Both the position numbers and the translations under genes were made by a program. DNA of 23,050 nucleotides from Veleropilina oligotropha (lineage: Eukaryota): assembly GCA_048128005.1 (NCBI GenBank), contig JBEUKZ010000100.1, positions 620,001 to 643,050 on the forward strand, given 5' to 3'. The notes under the pieces are model-generated. The model saw only the letters and a program-made list of their open reading frames with translations. It searched no databases and was not told where the DNA came from. Below are positions 20,185-23,050 of this stretch, piece after piece (position 1 is the first letter of the stretch; each line of letters opens with the position of its first letter).

Positions 20185-21299
20185 ATGCTACGTTTACACT
20201 ATGTTCCCGGCGGCCACGGCAGCCCCGTTTCAGGCCACCGTGGACAAAACGGGAAGGACGTGAGACAACGCGGGGGAAAACGTGACAGGCCGTGATTGCC
20301 GTGGATGCCGTGCCAGATTTTTTAACTGTCAAAAAATTTGCCACGGCAGTCACGGTGCGGATGAGAAACGTAGTAGGCCGTAGTAAAACGGGGTGAACGC
20401 AACAAAACCCGACAGTACGTAATAGGCCTTAACAAAACTTGGAGGCTGTCCGTAGTGGGACGGGAAGCATGTGGAGCTTAAAAGTGTGCGTTTATCTGAA
20501 ACGTATGGGCATGCTAAATTTAACACCTGCACGAAATTCCAATCGTTGGGCTCATACTATATTAAATTTACATGTACACACAATAGTTTATCACGACACA
20601 AAAAGTGTTGCTAAATTAATGTTTATATTATATATGTGTGTGTGTAATGTACTGAACATATATTTGCATGCACGCTTATAAATTTCAATTTCTATGTCAA
20701 CAGGTGGATTTGGCAGCGCTTCCAGTTCCTGTTGGAGCACATCACTCAGATGCCCAGAAGGACCGTGGTGAGCTTCAATGCCCGACTGCAAGCTGCTGAT
20801 GCAAAGACTGGATGTACGCACCCAGCAAACATGCAAACACAAAATCTTCTTCATCTTGGGCATTCATGATGTTATTATCTCGTCGAAGTCTCAGGATACA
20901 ATGATTGCTTTTGCTTGGGAGGCCTTCTTGGGCACAAACGTGCTCCAAAGCCGCCCGGCATCCACGTTTCATCCGTAGAAAGCCTTGACAGAACGTGAAA
21001 AACGTGTCATACCTTCATCAGAACGTGAGAAACGTGAGGGGCCCCATCAGAACGTGACGGGCCTGGAGGGAACGTACTGGCATCCGTGGTAGACCGCGGG
21101 CCGAACCGTAGTGCGCATTGGAGCCTCCGGGACTCGGCAGCCATTTCCCCCCACGGCCCGTCACGGATATCGTGACAGACCGTGAGAAAACTTGTCAAGA
21201 CTTGAATACAGAGAAAAAATGGCAAAAATCCCACGGCGTACTACGTTTCGGGCAAACGGGGCTACCGTGGCCGCCGGGAACATAGTGTAAACGTAGCAT
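20185..21299. mobile_element. Non-autonomous TIR DNA transposon (1115 bp), probably PIF/Harbinger-like
   Basis: 46-bp TIRs (20185-20230 and 21254-21299), 45/46 identical, starting ATGCTACGTTTACACTATGTTCCCGGCGGCCACGG. Flanked by TA on both sides (TAA left and TTA right if the ends are set 1 bp inward). Many CACGG/CCGTG subterminal repeats. The superfamily is inferred from the TIR style only. Confidence 0.8.
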
Positions 21300-21499
21300 T
21301 ACTTACATATTTGTGAATGCTACAAAACGCTTTGATGATTCAAATTGGAAGAACAAACATTGTTTGCTGTTTTATAATTTTTTTAAATCGCCGCTGAAAT
21401 CGCTGCCGGTTATTGAAATTGTACATTGAGCGGCGTTTTGACCTTTTTTAAATTTATTTGTGGCCCTAATACGCGTATTTTTGTCATTATAGCCCCTTT

Positions 21500-21930
21500 T
21501 GTAGTTTTAAATATTTATATATATGACCCCCCCCCCCTCCACCAAGATTTTTAGTGGTGCCCTTAAATTTGCAAGTGCCCTTAGATTTGAACTCAAATTA
21601 TATATGCGGGTTCATAGTTTGTTATAAAATAATGGGTATCCCCCCCCCCCCCACACCAATTTTATTGGTACCCTAAGGCCTTTGACATACTCAAAGTATA
21701 TATCTGACTTCATAGTTTTTATGTGTGCACCATCTCCAGGATTGATTTTTACTGGCCATTATAGATCAAAATCCGTTCTCGATCAAAATCTGCTCTCGAT
21801 CAACCATGCCCACTTTATGAAATTGTGTGTGATGTTTATAAAATAAGGGGGGTATTTCATCGCAATATTTTACTGATGCCCCTATAGACAGAAGATTTAA
21901 AGTATATATCCGAGTTCATAGTTGTTATTA
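21500..21930. repeat. Degenerate tandem repeat (units with TTTTA.TGGT.CCC and AAAGTATATAT..TTCATAGTT)
   Basis: Recurrent TATATAT(G/C)..(G/C)TTCATAGTT at about 21600, 21697 and 21903, poly-C runs and TTTTA(G/T/C)TG motifs. Boundaries are approximate. Confidence 0.45.
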
Positions 21931-22056
21931 CACGTACAATACATTTGGGATATATCTGTATATACCGACAGTCACCATTATTATATATAGGGAGTATGAG
22001 TATTGTACAGCAGACTGTGCATGAGACAATTACATGCCTACACCTTTTATGGGGTC

Positions 22057-22660
22057 AGAGAGGGTGTTTCGCACGGTTAATTGTCAAAAATGTCTTCTAT
22101 TTGGAGTGGTGAAATGATTCGTAAATGTTGTCAAGAAATATCACATTTATTCATCATAATACAGGAGAGGGTGTTTCGCACGGTCAAATATTTCTTCCCT
22201 GGGGGAACGGGGCCTCACAACGCGGTCCATTGATAGTATCCATTGACCATCATGTCCCCCTCAATTTTATAGTCCCTGGTCATATATACATCAGCATATT
22301 ATATTTCAAAAACGTCTTTGGTAAAACATCCCCAATCCTCATGTATCCATACGTGCCAATGGACACATCAAAGCAACCTATAAAAATTATACTCAAAGTT
22401 ATACACAAAGCAATTTACGACGTAGCCCCCCCCTCAATAATATTTTCTATTCCGATATGTAAGATTTGTGAGAATGTCCCCTTTTGTGACAAACAAAATT
22501 CAAATTCAAATTGAAAACTTTCACAGAATGATGAAAATTGTTCAAAGATGTTGTTAAGAAATAGCACATTAGCGCTATCAGAATACAGGAGGGGGGTTTC
22601 ACGGGGTTAATTGTCAAATTTTCTTCCACATGGGGTCCCACCCCTACGCGAACAATTGGT
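22057..22660 (+). repeat. Fragments related to the interior of the 10441-10894 MITE family
   Basis: AGGAGAGGG.GTTTC.CAC(G)GTTAATTGTCAAA-like motifs at about 22057, 22163 and 22587 resemble 10617-10655 and 10769-10845, including CCCACCCC.ACGCGAACA.TTG. Confidence 0.55.
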
Positions 22661-22807
22661 TGTATAAATCTACTCCTGTCATATTGCTGTTTGGAAAATT
22701 CTTCCGTTTAGTTATGCAAAGTGCCCTTTTTCTGTGTTACCCCCGCCCTCCAATCCAAATTTGGTTCCTACGCCATCTCAAAAAGGGCACTTATATATAC
22801 ATTATTA

Positions 22808-22968
<161 letters not shown>

Positions 22969-23050
22969 TACGTTTGGATAACTCAAACGAGTTTCAGATA
23001 TATATGGCAGAGCACTCAACACTCAACGTTTATAGTGAGTGGAGTTGATA

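Overview
Eukaryotic genomic DNA from an invertebrate animal; the repeat styles suggest a lophotrochozoan, which is an inference. (1) 1-~3909 is the right end of a GC-rich, intronless, virus-like element. Its main ORF is on the minus strand (ATG 3268, open past base 1, at least 1089 aa) and is absent from the ORF track. I translated it by hand. It reads Rho_N/HEH-like N-terminus, putative terminal-protein region, vOTU-like Cys/His protease, exonuclease-less family B (protein-primed type) polymerase palm, then superfamily 1 helicase. That is the replication protein architecture of Polinton-like viruses and transpovirons. It is preceded by a small Cys/His zinc-finger ORF; both genes share a 19-bp upstream motif, and the element ends in a Polinton-like 5'-AGTAGA terminus. 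(2) A host riboflavin transporter gene (SLC52 family, minus strand, 2 coding exons). (3) A dense transposon field: two non-autonomous Helentron-type elements with internal tandem arrays, tRNA-derived SINEs, a MITE with a 5-bp TSD, and a complete 7.7-kb Academ (AcademX) DNA transposon. The Academ has an intact 4-exon, 1588-aa transposase-XPG-Cys-rich gene and sits inside a ~306-bp non-autonomous Helitron. A 1.1-kb TIR element and microsatellites follow.
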